64,000 nt of DNA from Octopus vulgaris (taxonomy: Eukaryota), in assembly GCA_951406725.2 (NCBI GenBank), contig OX597815.1, forward strand, positions 79,112,001 through 79,176,000, given 5' to 3'. This document shows positions 38,144-51,113 of this stretch, piece by piece. Under the pieces are notes generated by a model, which saw only the letters and a program-made list of their open reading frames with translations, was not told where the DNA came from and searched no databases. The position numbers were made by a program, and so were the translations under genes. Position 1 is the stretch's first letter, and each line of letters starts with the position of its first letter.

Positions 38144-40121
38144 CGTGTGTGTGCGTGTATAAAATAAGTAAAGAATGGAGTAGCTGGCATTACTTTATTC
38201 CATAGTTTAAGATTGTTTCAACAACAAGCATGTGACAAACATAATGTATAGACATGGATGAGAAAAAATGATATAGCCATGCCTGTTATATAATGCATAT
38301 TACACAATTGGATTTGCAGGCATTTAATCATAACTGAATGAATAAATATAAAACATAAATAAATTGGCTATTTCACTTAAACTGGATTGTAGAAGGAGGA
38401 GTTAAAGTTCAACAAGTATACACACACACACACTTTTCTTGATCTTCTGTCCCCATGGTCTCTGCTTTCATATTTTCTGAGGATACACTGACATCTCACC
38501 ATCACCACGTTCCACCCCAAATACTCTCACCCACCCATATATAATGTGGGATATCTTCTCTACAACAACAAACCTGTTCCTGTCCCTTCTATCATACTTT
38601 AACCTCTCAACACCTAGCATAAAGCCACTATACTCTCTTTAGCTTTCTGACTGCATGGTGATCTTGTTAGTGTTAATATCACAAAAATGCACCCAGTACA
38701 CTCTATAAAGGAGTTGACAGTAAGAAGGGCATCCAGTTGTAGAAACCATGCAAAAACTGACACAGTGGAGCAAGATGTGGTCCTCCAACCCTATTGAACT
38801 GTCCAACCTAAGGATAGCAGATGTGAAACAATGATGATATGTACATGTGTGTACACACACATCTAAGGTCTTCTATTGTACAGAATTTGAATTTCTGGGA
38901 GATATCGGACTACCTCTTGTTTTGAATTTTCCTTGACTCTCATTGCACAGTTATCTCCTTATCATTTTCATGTCCACTTTTCAATGCTTGCATGAATTAG
39001 ATGGACACAGTTTATTGAGGCAGATCTACAGCTAGATGCCCTTTCTGTTGCCAATCTTCACTGGTTTCTGAGCATGGCTTGACGGATTTTTGCAAAATAT
39101 TAGAAATTAATGACACTACTTGTATGATATGACTTGTTTATAACAATCATATGATGTCAAGACAAGGACACACACTCACACACATGGATTTATTTTGTTT
39201 CCATCAACAAAATCCACTCACAACACTTTGGTGGTGCCATAGTAAAAAACATTTGCCCAAGGTGACATGCAATAGGACTGAACATAAAATAAACTTCCCA
39301 ACCACACAGATTTTGCAATTGACTTTGCAAGTTTAGGTCTTTCATTTCTAGAAGATGGCTAAGCATAACATTATTACCATGAAACCAATTACTATGTTTC
39401 GTTTCATTGAATCCAAACATCTCAGCTCTCAAAGAGTATACTTAGTCCCCAAAGTTTTCCCAGGAATGGTGAAAGTTTTTCAAGTGTTTGGCTGTGCCAG
39501 TTTATCTATAATATATATTTAGGACAATCATGGGAAGCCTATGGCCAGTGGGACTTTCATAATGGTATGCCTAATAAAAAAATTACCTCAAATGTTTTGG
39601 TAGTGCAGCCCACCAAATAATGGGCCATAACTCATGTGGTCTGCTTCTTGAAAAAGGTTACCCATATGTGGTTTATGAGCTGTTATTCCATTCCTAAAAC
39701 CTTTCCCGAAAATGAAAGCTTGAACTTATCACATAACAGTCCATGATTGATGCCAAATTTGACACTAAGATGCAAACATTGCTAACATTGTGAATATAAT
39801 TTTTTTTAGTTACTATGGAACTGATTATGTGAAGTTATTTTCACTTAGGATGAACCCATGTAACCTTGCACTGTTTTAAGTTCTGGTTGATTAGATGTAA
39901 CAAAATCCAAGAACAGAGGTTAAGTGTGATTGCTTCTTCTACATATAATTTAATACTATAATTATTACCTTTTTCCTTTCTTGCCACAGTAAATTAAGCA
40001 GCTGAAATTAGACAGACAACCTTTCTCTAGCATCTTCCTTGAAAACTAGATAAACAGGGCACACTCTAAATAGGGTGGCTCAGACACAAAAAAATGTCAC
40101 CCAAATAAGCCAGTTCCAAAA

Positions 40122-40520
40122 CAGGCATGGCTGTGTGGTAAGAAGCTTGCTTCCTAACTACATGGTTCCAGGTTCAGTCTCACTGCATAGCACCATAGGC
40201 AAGTGTCTTCTATTATAGCCTCAGGCTGACCAAAGTTTTGTGAGTGGATCTGGTAGATGAAAACTGAAAGAAGTCCATCATATATATATGAGTGTGTGTG
40301 TGTGTCTGTTTTACATCTGTTGTTTTCCTCCACCACTGCTTGACAACTGGTGTTGGTGTGTTTACATCCCCATAACTTAGCAGTTCAGCAAATGAGTATG
40401 ATAGAATAAGTACTAGGTTTTAAAAAAAAATTAGTACTGGGGGTGGGGAGGGGCGATTTATTCAACAAAAACCCTTCAAGACGGCCACAGTCAAATGACT
40501 GAAACGAGTAAAAGAAAAGA
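40122..40520 (+). mobile_element. SINE family A
   Basis: Colinear; faces an inverted copy at 40651-40988. Confidence 0.85.
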
Positions 40521-40650
40521 CACTCAGTGCCTATGATGTGCAGATTTGTGACTATGTGCTTCCAAGTGGTTAAGCATATGTTGACACTGTTCCATCATCA
40601 AAAGGCTTTCTTAAAAGCAAAGAGGATGAAGATAAGGTGATGAGATATGC

Positions 40651-40988
40651 TTTTATCTGTTTCAGTCAGTGGACGGTGGCCATGCTGGGGTACTACCTTA
40701 GAGGGTTTAGTCAAGCAAAGCGACCCCTATATTTATTTTTGTGAAGTTTGATACTTATTCTATTAGTCACTTTGGCCAAACTGCAAACAACTCAATGCTA
40801 GGTATCAAGCAATAGTGGGGACAAACACAAACATGACAGGCTTCCACAGCTGTCTATCAAATCCACTCACATGGCATTGGTCAAGTTGGGGCTATAGTAG
40901 AAAACTCTTGCCCAAGGTGCTGTGCAGTGGGATTGAACCCAAAACCACATAGTTGCAAAGCGAGCTTTTTAACTACACAAACATGCCA
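40651..40988 (-). mobile_element. SINE family A (older)
   Basis: Colinear, diverged. Confidence 0.8.
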
Positions 40989-40996
40989 GTACCTTA

Positions 40997-41675
40997 TAGG
41001 GTAGAGTGAAAATAAAAAATTGTGGAAATTGAAAATGTCTGAGGGCTAAAATGTTGCTATATTTGATTACTAGAAAAAAGCTAAATTTTTACTGAGATCA
41101 ATCAAGGGCATTTACTCCCTCAAGCCCCCTAAACTCCGAAAATGGAGACTTTTTGTAATTTTATTATAATAGTAGAGTTTGGGGGTTTGAGGGAGTAAAT
41201 GCCCTTGACTGATCTAAGCAAAAATTTAGCATTTTCCTAGTAATAATATATAGCAAGATTTTAGGTCACAAGCATTTTCAATTTCCACAATTTTTTATTT
41301 TCACTCCACCCTAACAGACATGTATGTGTGTGCAGGTGTATAGATTGTGTAATCTAGGGTGGAGTGAAAATAAAAAAAAAATTGTGGAAATTGAAAATTC
41401 CTGAGGCCTAAAATCTTGCTATATATTATTACTAGAAAAATGCTAAATTTTCACTTAGATCAGTCATGGGCATTTACTCCCTCAAATACCCCAAATTCTG
41501 CTATTGTAAAAAATTTACAAAAGTCCCCCATTTTCGGAGTTTATGGGGCTTGAGGAAGTAAATGCTCTTGATCAATCTCAACGAAAATTCAGCATTTTTC
41601 TAGTAAATCAAATATAACATTTTAGCCCTCAGGCATTTTCAATTTCCACAATTTTTAAATTTTCATTCCACCCTA
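40997..41675. mobile_element. Two inverted copies of a ~320-bp long-TIR MITE
   Basis: 40997-41313 and 41355-41675, each TAGGGT..ACCCTA with ~130-bp arms; the second is the reverse complement of the first. Confidence 0.88.
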
Positions 41676-42835
41676 GTACCCAATGTACATCTGCACGTTA
41701 ATGCAATGTGTGCTTGTATGACACATATTCCACCCAGTGAGTATCTATAATTAAATATATAATACCCAGTTAGCTTAAGTCCCTCTTAGTGGGACTATAA
41801 TTAAATATCCAGTGACAAACAATGGCAGATTTTGTGAGAACTTTTCCTACACTTGTTCAATAAAAAGATACCCGCAAATCAGTAGGGGCATGATTTGGGA
41901 ATTTCCCCTCTCCAAGTGGTTTTACTGTGCACCCATACATTTATCTGAACACTTCCACACACTCAAATGTAAATGTTCTTTTACATACACATGTATATGC
42001 ACATACATAAATATACACACTAATTGAATGACTGTTGGGTTCCTGGTTTAGTTGTCGACAGACAGGTTGTATGAGCTTATATCATTATTAGTAGCAGGCC
42101 TCTTGTTACTAGGTCTCTGACCTGACATAAACGTACATTTATTTTTAGGTCATATTGAGTGTTCTCCCTTCTCCAGGAATTCTGAGGTCACATAGTAGAG
42201 AGAGGGAGTGAATATAGTCAAGCATGATGGTTACATGCATTACGACCTCATAGTTATAGAGATACTGAAATACAATATGAATCCATGTCTAGACATAAAT
42301 TTGGAAGAAAATAAGACATACTGTCATCGAGTTTACTGGTTAATATTTATTTTGATTAATAATCATACTGAGAGAGAACAACAACAACAACAAAATTAAA
42401 AGAGCTTATCTGTTAAGTGGTGTCAATAAGATAAGAGAATGTATGTGAAGGGAAAGAGAAAATGTTCGATGGGTGTAAGGGCTGACAGAGAGGTACTGAA
42501 TAGTGGGATGGCTGTATGCATTATGACTTAGTACTAATATTGATAATAGGAAACCAGGCCAGCCAGAACTTTAGGGAAAATATGATGCATTTTCATGGAG
42601 TTCACCAATTAATAATTATATTTAAAAAAGGAAAGAGAGAAAAATATAATGTAAAAAAAAAAAAGAAAAAGAACATAGATTAAATGTTATGGAGTCAGAT
42701 TACATTTAAGTATTTCTCAATAAAAATATGAGGTAAAGACATATACAGCCATTATGATTCTGTCTAGGGTCAGATGTTAATTTCACAGGAGAGGCTTTAT
42801 TAACTGTAAATTTACTTCAAACATTTATTAATCAC

Positions 42836-43040
42836 TTAACCCTTCAGCATTCAAATTAGTCAAGTATAATTTGAAATAATCATGCATTAGTTTGTAGCCT
42901 TGAGATTTCAATGTTGGGATTGTTTATTTTTTAGAATAACATTGTAGGGTAAGTGAGAGAGGATGTAACCAGCCAGTTTGAGATGAAAATGTTAGATTAT
43001 GTTGACCAGATATGACCAGTTTTAAATACTAATGAGTTAA
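42836..43040. mobile_element. piggyBac-type MITE
   Basis: TTAA-cccttcagcatt ... aatactaatgag-TTAA. Confidence 0.75.
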
Positions 43041-43324
43041 ACATTCCTTTGACAAACAAAATATTAGTTTAGCTATTGCAGCTCAGTTCTATTCGGAAAT
43101 GCTGGGCATAGCCAGAAGACAGATTTATAACATATTACACTTCTGAGACAAACACATAGGAAGGGTTTCTTTTAGTTTCTATCTACCAAATCCTTTCACA
43201 ATGCTTTGGTTAGACATAGGCTATAGTAGAAGATATCTGCCAAGATGCTGTGCAGAGGAACCAAAACTGAGACCATATGATTGGGAGGCAGGCTTCACAA
43301 CGATACACCCACAAGTGTGCCTAC

Positions 43325-44030
43325 AATATAGTGATTTGCGTTGGACAAAACACATCGCTAAAATTGTCAAGAAGGCTGAGGGTGTCTTGGCATCACTCAC
43401 CAAATCCTTTGTGAGCCACTCTCCGGCTATCTATCTGCGGCTTTATATAGCTATGGTAAGACCTCACCTGGAATTTGCATCACCGGTCTGGAACCCCTAT
43501 CTTGCCCAGGATATCAATCGTCTGGAACCAAAAGAATACTCTCCATCAGGCATTTGCCATATCCTGAACGCCTTACTTCCCTGGGCATGGACACATTGAA
43601 ACTCCGACGTCTGGCAGCTGACTTGGCAGACACCCATAAAATTATCAACCATCGTACAAACAATAACTCTGAGCACCTTTTCAAACTCCACCCATCTAAC
43701 ACCAATGGACATATTTACAAAGTAAGAAAACAGCACAGCTCCCATGACTTCAGGAAACATTTTTTCACGCTGAGAGTTGCTGAAGCATGGAACAAACTGC
43801 CGGCATCAGTTGTTAGTTGTCGGAGCACTGCATCCTTCAAAACTTCCATGCTTCCTGAGATTCGCCAACACTACACTTGATTTTCTCCCCTCCATACACA
43901 CACAAGCATGTATCCGACTCATACATTGTTCGCTTTCCAGACATTTCTACATTACTGCATGTACTTTATATGCACTTTCTGACAAGTTGTGGTGCACCTG
44001 AGCACTGTATACAATTAATTTCATTATTAT
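43325..44030 (+). mobile_element. CR1-type LINE 3' fragment
   Basis: LYIAMVRPHLEFASPVWNPY; FFTLRVAEAWNKLP; ends in (ATT) repeats. Confidence 0.9.
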
Positions 44031-44674
44031 ATATATATATATATATATATAATCATTATCATCACCATTTAACATCCATTTTCCATGCTAACATGGGTTG
44101 GACGGTTTTGACTGAGGGCTGGCAACCAGATGGCTGCACCAGGCTCCAGTCTTGATCTAGCAGAGTTTCTACAGCTGGATGCCCTTCCTAACGCCAAACA
44201 CTCCGAGAGTGTAGTGGGTGCTTTTTATATATACAGTGCAGTGGAAAACAACACCCAATATACTCTGTAGGGTTTCTGACATTAGGAAGGGTGTCTTAGG
44301 GTGTCCAACTAGCAAGAGAATCCATGTCAAAACAGACACTACAGCATGATGCAGTCCTCTAAAGTGTTGGACTATGTAAAATTGTCCAACTAATAACAAC
44401 ATGGAAGATGGACACTGAAAGACGAGATAGATAGATAAAGAGAAATAGAGAGAGAGAGAGAAAGAGAGAGAGAGAGCAATAAGAAAATGGAGGGGATCAA
44501 TATGTGGTATTCATCAACTTTTAGACATCATATTATGTCTATTTATTTACTAAAAGGAAAATTATAACAATATACATACATGTATAACATTATGCTTTAC
44601 ATATATAATATATAAAATATAAAAATATCAGTAATTATTAAAATATATAACATAGAAATAGAAATTGGGATAAT

Positions 44675-44790
44675 ATATTACAACTGCTTCAGCCAAGAGG
44701 CAAAAATACCTCACTTTTATCACTCCAGTGGACTGAAGTAATTAGATGAAATTGAGGTACTTGGGTGTTTCTCTAGGCTTCGTCAGAGAT
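44675..44790 (-). ncRNA. Inverted twin of the 45175 hammerhead, core-mutated
   Basis: Minus strand: ATCT-CTGACGA-AGCCTAGAG...CTCTTGGCT-GAAG(for GAAA)-CAGTTG-TA-ATAT. Confidence 0.62.
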
Positions 44791-45174
44791 TTTAGAAAGA
44801 ACATAAGGTTAAGTTATAAATATAAATACATGCACATATACTTACTTTTACATATACATAAATACATATACCTACACTTGAATTAATTATTATTATTAGA
44901 TGCATTATATTATTCATATTAGATAAAATATAAACAGAGGTATCAGAAAGTTTACAATATTATTACTCCTCTAATAACTTTCTCACACTTCTGTTTATAT
45001 TTTATCTAATATGAAAAATATAATGCATCTAATAATAATTGATTCATTTGTATGCATATACATGTTCATTTAAGTGTAGGTATATGTATTTATGTATATT
45101 TATGTATATGTATGTATATGTAAAAGTATGTATATGTGTGTATATTTATATCTTAACCTTATGTACTTTCTAAA

Positions 45175-45297
45175 ATCTCTGATGAAGCCTAGAGCAACAT
45201 CCAAGTACCTCAATTTCATCTACTAATTACTTCAGTCCACTGGGGGATAAAAGTAGAATGAGGTATTTTTGCCTCATAGCTGAAACAACTGTAAGAT
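45175..45297 (+). ncRNA. Hammerhead motif with 96-nt stem II domain
   Basis: ATCT-CTGATGA-AGCCTAGAG..AAGTACCTCA..TGAGGTATTT..CTCATAGCT-GAAA-CAACTG-TA-AGAT. Confidence 0.68.
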
Positions 45298-45730
45298 ATT
45301 ATCCCAATTTCTATTGCTATATGTTATATATTTTATATATTATATATGTAAAGCATAATGTTATACATGTATGTGTATAGTTATAATTGTCCTTTTAGTA
45401 AATAAATAAACCGACATAATATAATGTCTAAAAGTTGAATACTACCTATTGATCCCCTCCATTTTCTTATTGCTCTATAAATTAATGGTAAAATAATTTT
45501 ACCCTCACCCATTTATTAAACTCGTAATGTAATTGCCATGCAATGAAAAAGCACTTGTGTATTAATAATTGGGTATTCTACCAGCAGTATATTGGATAGA
45601 TATTATCCTTTAGTTGGTGGGATTCATAACCTCTAACTTTCTTGGAATTAGAATATGTCTGGGGAGACAACAGAATATACTTCAACACACAAACTCATAT
45701 AAAGAATCTTGCAAACCAAATCCAAAAACA

Positions 45731-45761
<31 letters not shown>

Positions 45762-45870
45762 GGCAGATTGAAAATAAAAATAAAAACCAAAGCAACAAAA
45801 GTCAAAAGGACGTGTACACTGTGAATGTATTAGGTTGACGCTCAGTTTAAGATGGAAAAAAGGGGAGTGG

Positions 45871-45903
45871 GGTGACATTTTGAGCATGGCTCTTTGTCAG
45901 AAA
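45871..45903 (-). ncRNA. CpG-decayed copy of the 14935 hammerhead family
   Basis: Minus strand: TTT-CTGACAA-A-GAGC-CAT-GCTC-AAAA-TG-TC; the core differences are CpG->CpA/TpG. Confidence 0.5.
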
Positions 45904-46129
45904 GAGGAAAGATCCAGAGAGAAGGAAAATAATAGTCTGAGACAGACAGACAGATAGATTCACACACACCTATATATATGTGTGTGAATGCATGTATGTT
46001 TGTGCAAATCCTTGCCCAAAATCAGACATAGCCAACATTATGTGTGGTGTGTGTGTGTGTGTGTGTGTGTGTTTGTGTAAATATATAAAATAGATATGTA
46101 AATAGTGGAGTTTCAGATAAGGACACCCA

Positions 46130-46930
46130 CATAAGTTGCATCTTTATTTTGATGGAGATTTTTCCAATTCTTTTCCGCACACCATATGAACTGATTTTGA
46201 CCAATTTTTTTGTTGTTGAACTATGCCCTTAAAAACAATGGGAGAAGCATTTTCAGATAAAAAATGGTGTGATTTAAGGGAGATTTAGTTGAAAAATTTT
46301 GAAAATTAAAATTTCAAAACACCATTACCGCCACCATCACCACACAAAGCAGTCTGTGTAAGAAAAAACATACTAACAGGGAAGTATGCTATTAAAATAA
46401 ATTATCTTTTACATACCTTTTTTAAATCACTGTGGAAAAATCCCAGGAATGACCTTCTCAGGATCTCTAATACTTTAAAATTATAAAAGGAGTAAAGGAT
46501 GGAGGTGGGGTATTTGAAAAAAGTTATAAATTTTCAAAAATTTTTTTCTTTCAACAACATACTTTTCTGTTAGTAAATAAGTTATTTTTTATGTGCACAC
46601 GCACACACACACACTCATGGACTCACTTGGTATCAGGTGGAGGAAAGGAAAGAAATGCGGAACATATCAGGTGATCATGGGATGTGCTACAAACAGCTAA
46701 ATCTCCCTTTATTCATATACCTTTTCATCTAAAAAGCTTTTCAAACTTCTCCCATAGATTTTAAAAGTGTAGTGAAAAAAAATTGGTCAAAATCGATTCA
46801 AATAGTGAGGAATAAGAGGGGAGGGAATCATGAATTTTTAAGGAACTTTTTCACAAGAAGTTCCCTACTACCATCATGAAAAAGAAATTGGAAAAATACC
46901 TATCAAAACAGAAAATCCAATTTACGCAGG
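46130..46930. mobile_element. Decayed long-TIR DNA element
   Basis: gattttgaccaattttttt..gggagaag..aagggagatttag mirrored at 46695-46925. Confidence 0.55.
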
Positions 46931-46940
46931 TAAAAGATAT

Positions 46941-46986
<46 letters not shown>

Positions 46987-47359
46987 ATAGATATGTATAT
47001 ACATTTCTTTTACATGTTTCAGTCATTAGATTGCAGCAGGGCACCACCTTGAGGAATATTAGCCGAATTAATCAACCCGAGTATTTATCTTTTTAAGTTT
47101 GGTACTTATTCTATGGACTATGATCTTAAGAAACATGTAATTTGTGTCAATACATAGCAATGCATTAAAATATTTATAAATTCCATCCACGAATGATTAT
47201 TACTATATTTATCTTACATTATATTGACACAACTCAGAACAAACCCCATAAAACTACTATTGCAAGTTGGTATCATTATGCTGTAGCCAACATAATAAAA
47301 GATAGGAGCCTTTATATGCATACTCAAAATGCTTCCCATAAACAAACCTAAAGGATATA

Positions 47360-49359
47360 CACAATCAGATCAATAAGTATCTGGACTGTTGGCATAGTAA
47401 CGAAGCTAAAGCACGCAGAGTGAAGCTGCTTGGCATAGACTGACCTTGAACTCTGCTGTGCATGCACACTAATTTCTACCTCACTTCCACTGTTCACAGC
47501 AGTGCTTGGAAGAAATGTATGTAGCACGTGATTGTCGCATTGACCATGACAGAGTAAGTTGAGCAGAGAATCTGCATCAAATTTTGCCAGAAGCTTGGCA
47601 ATACCTGCTCAGAGCACAACACAAAGTTGCAGAAAATGTATGGAGTCGAAGTGTATGAGCCACACACAAGTGTATGAATGATTCAAACGTTTCCAAGATA
47701 GCCAAACAAATGTCGATAGTGACGAACATTCTGGGAGACCTACAGCCAGCAGAACTGCGAAAAACATCACAGATGTGCATGCAGCTGTGAGGGGAAATTA
47801 TCAAATCACCATCCGTGAGTTATCAGAGGATGTGCAGATTAGTTACGGCTCAGCTCAGTGATAATTCACTGAAGACTTGGGTAAGTGATGCATGTCTGCC
47901 AAGTTTGTGCCAAAACTGCTTTCAGCTGACCAAAAAGACACTCAGGTTTCAGTTGTACAAGATCTCCTTGATTGTGTTGAGTAGTAGCGGCTAATGTATA
48001 GGCACTGTGGAACTGCAGCACCCCCTATTTCCACTTGATGTTATCGATAACATTCAATATAATGAGTCCTTTTTTCTTTCATTCTTTCTTTATACTTGTT
48101 GATTATATAATCCTTAAGCTTAATGTCAGTAGCCATCCCCTAGTTTATGAAAAAATACAAAAATCCTTGTATAGAACTGTATACTTCACAGTTCCAGTGA
48201 CGTGAGGTTTGGCTGTTGTGCACATGCTCACATTTCCAAGATAGGAAGCTTCAAGCTAGGGAAAGAGAGTACTGTGTGAACAACAGTGCCTGGTGAAAGG
48301 TAGTGTCTCTTTGACACCACATGTGTTGTGCTTAAAAACATGTTTATGTTCTTGAATGTGATAAAGTGTAGAATTAGATTATTATCCTGCTTCCAGCTTC
48401 AATGTTGCTGCTAGGATTTGAAAAATAGGATAGATTTGCGCCCCTTATTTTGCGATTTAGGAGGTATTTTTGAAAAAAAAAAAAAAAAAAAAAAAAGGAA
48501 TTCGCAGTGGTATTCAGTGAACAAATTAAACACACTACCCGGCAGTGATTAAAATGTGAACTGATCAAGTTTATATATAAATATTCCTTTTATATGCTTG
48601 TTTCCTTTTACACAATATTAAAACAACGCCTAAAAATTTTCTGAAGCAGCACCCCAACTAATTTTATCTATGAGCTACCACTGGTGTCAAGAACGATGAA
48701 AACTTTTAGGAAAACAGTCATAATAGGTGATGGGTCTATGGCTCTAACCCCAAAATGAAGGCTCAGCCTTCACAGTGGAAGACCCCAACTTCTGAGACTA
48801 AAGTAATGTGAAGATACTGTTGACTGTTTTCTTCAACTACAAGGGGATTGTTCATCATAAGTATGCTCCACCTGGTGAGACAGTAAACAAAGAGTACTAC
48901 CGTAATATTCTGTGGTGTTTGTGGGATGGTATTCGCCAGAAAACATCACAATTGCATGCATCCGGTGAGTGGCAATTGCACCATGACAACACACCTGCCC
49001 ATTGTGTTGTCATGGTGCAATTGTGCAGCAGTTTTTGGCTAGACACAGCATTCCCCAGGTCCGACAGCCACCATATTCCCCAGATCTCGCCCCTTGTGAC
49101 TTTTTCCTATTTCCAAAAATCAAATCCCGTTTGAAAGGAAGATTTCAGGATGTCAACGAAATCAAACTGAATGCGATGAGGCATTTGCTGATTATCCCAG
49201 AAAACAAGTTCCAGGAATACTTCCATCAATGGAAACAGCACTGGATTAAGTATGTGGTCTCTGAAGGGGACTACTTTGAAGGAGATTAAATGCCAAATTG
49301 GTACATGTTGTAGTTTTGTTTTTATAGCACCAGTCCAGACACCTATTCATCAAACCTCA
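47360..49359 (+). mobile_element. Mariner transposon, decayed, TA-flanked
   Basis: Imperfect ~30-bp TIRs (gatcaataagtatctggactg / cagtccagacacctattcatc), TA at 47358-59 and 49360-61; transposase pieces ILLTVFFNYKGIVH, WQLHHDNTPAH, PPYSPDLAPCDFFLFPKIK, GDYFEGD*. Confidence 0.93.
47982..48683. mobile_element. hAT-type MITE nested in the mariner
   Basis: Ends tagtagcggct / agctaccactg; 8-bp TSD gtgttgag (47974-81) / gtgtcaag (48684-91); removing it restores the transposase segment QDLLDCV-ENDENF. Confidence 0.8.
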
Positions 49360-49924
49360 TATCAGACTTGTATAATCCATTTGAGTAAATAAGTCACTAT
49401 ATGCAAAACTCCAGGTTGGAAAGAATAAATTTGGATGTATCACTGAAGGATATTCCTATATCAAAGAGAAGGGAATACGTGAAATACATGCAGAACTGCC
49501 CACATACCCCAATGAACCTTTTGATAGGTGAAAATTGATAAATATCCTTCTATTATATATCCGTTGCTTTTAACTCTAATGCCGTATCACCTGATGAAAT
49601 GAACACATGAACTAAGATCCACCAGATGTCCATGGATATTATGGATTGTACAGTAATCATCTCAGGAATATGGACTATGATCGTAAGAAACGTGATTTGT
49701 GAACACATTCATAGCAATGCATTAAAATATTCATAAATTCTATCCATAGATTATTATTATCATGACTATATTTATCCTACATTATATCGGCATAGCTCAG
49801 TACAACCTCTTGAAACTACTATTGCAAATTGGTATCATTATGCCATAGCCTGCATAATAAAATAGGAGCTTTTAATGCATACTCAAAAACGATTCCCATA
49901 AACAAACTTGCCATATATATCTAC

Positions 49925-50530
49925 ACCTTTGTTGGTAACTAAGGGCCTCTCAGTATGAAAGGCAGATTGTATGATGCTTGTGTATGAACAGCTATGTTAC
50001 ATGGCAGTGAAATCTGGCCTTTGACTAAAGGGGACTTGCAAAGGCTTGAAAGAAAAGAAGCTTGCATGCTCCACTGGATGGGTAATGTCTGTGTACACAC
50101 GGCAGAGTGCAAATGATTTAAGTGGAAAACTGAGTTTAAAAGGCATCAGACATTGTGTGCAAGAGAGAAGACTGTGCTGGTTTGGTCATGTGATGCATAT
50201 GGATGAGGACAGTTGCGTAAAGAAGAGCAGAAACTGTGGAAGGGATAGACCCACCAAGACATGGGATGAAGTGGTGAGAAAGGATCTTCATATGCTGGGC
50301 CTCACTGAGGAAATGAGAAGGGACTGGGAGATGTGGTGATTTGCTGTACTTGAAAAGGCATGTCAAGCTAAGTAAATTTGCTCTTCCATACATACAGGCT
50401 TGTCCTTTCAGGAGCTGTGTAAATGCATCCATGCCAGTGGCACATAAGAAGTACCCAGTATACTCTGTTAAGTGGTTGGTATTAGGAAGGGTATCCAGCT
50501 GTAGAAACCATGCCACAACAGAAGTCTGGA
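49925..50530 (+). mobile_element. RTE 3' fragment
   Basis: MLHGSEIW, RRLCWFGHVMHM, RPTKTWDEVV followed by the family 3' UTR. Confidence 0.85.
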
Positions 50531-50570
50531 CAACTCTATAATAATAACGATTATATATATATATATATAT

Positions 50571-51027
50571 CATCATCATCATTTAACGTCCGCTTTCCAT
50601 GCTAGCATGGGCTGGACGGTTCAACTGGGGTCTGGGGAGCCCGAAGGCTGCACCAGGCCAGTCAGATCTGGCAGTGTTTCTACAGCTGGATGCCCTTCCT
50701 AACGCCAACCACTCCGAGAGTGTAGTGGGTGATTTTATGTGCCACCGACACAGGTGCCAGACGAGGCTGACGAACGGCCACGCTCGGATGGTGTTTTTTA
50801 TGTGCCACCGACACAGGTGCCAGATGAGGCTGGCGAACGGCCACGATCGGATGGTGTTTGTTACGTGCCCACAGCACGGAGGCCAGTCGATGCGGTACTG
50901 GCTACGGCCACGTTCGGATGGTTTTCTTGTGTGCCACCGGCACTGGTATCACAAAGATACAAATTCCATTGATGTTCATCTATTTTGATTTGTTTTGATT
51001 TTCACTTGCCTCAACAGGTCTTCACAG
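50571..51027 (-). mobile_element. RTE 3' UTR with ~62-nt tandem units
   Basis: tatgtgccaccgacacaggtgccaga... repeated; (CAT)n tail. Confidence 0.8.
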
Positions 51028-51113
51028 TGAGTGTGTATGTGTCTCTCTCTCTCTCTCTATCTATATCTATATATACACACACACACACACACATATATAT
51101 TATATATATAGTT

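Larger units (their letters stand above)
44473..45650. repeat. ~500-bp-arm inverted repeat (pLTR-like) with extension
   Basis: 44473-44952 vs 44976-45476; 45461-45650 recurs at 60694-60883. Confidence 0.88.

Noticed and set aside
39520-39675. Possible hAT/Charlie-type MITE
   Set aside because: Ends only loosely complementary and no convincing 8-bp TSD.
50765-50800. CTGACGA in the RTE 3' tandem unit as a hammerhead
   Set aside because: No GAAA box or pairing stem I; the other unit reads CTGGCGA.
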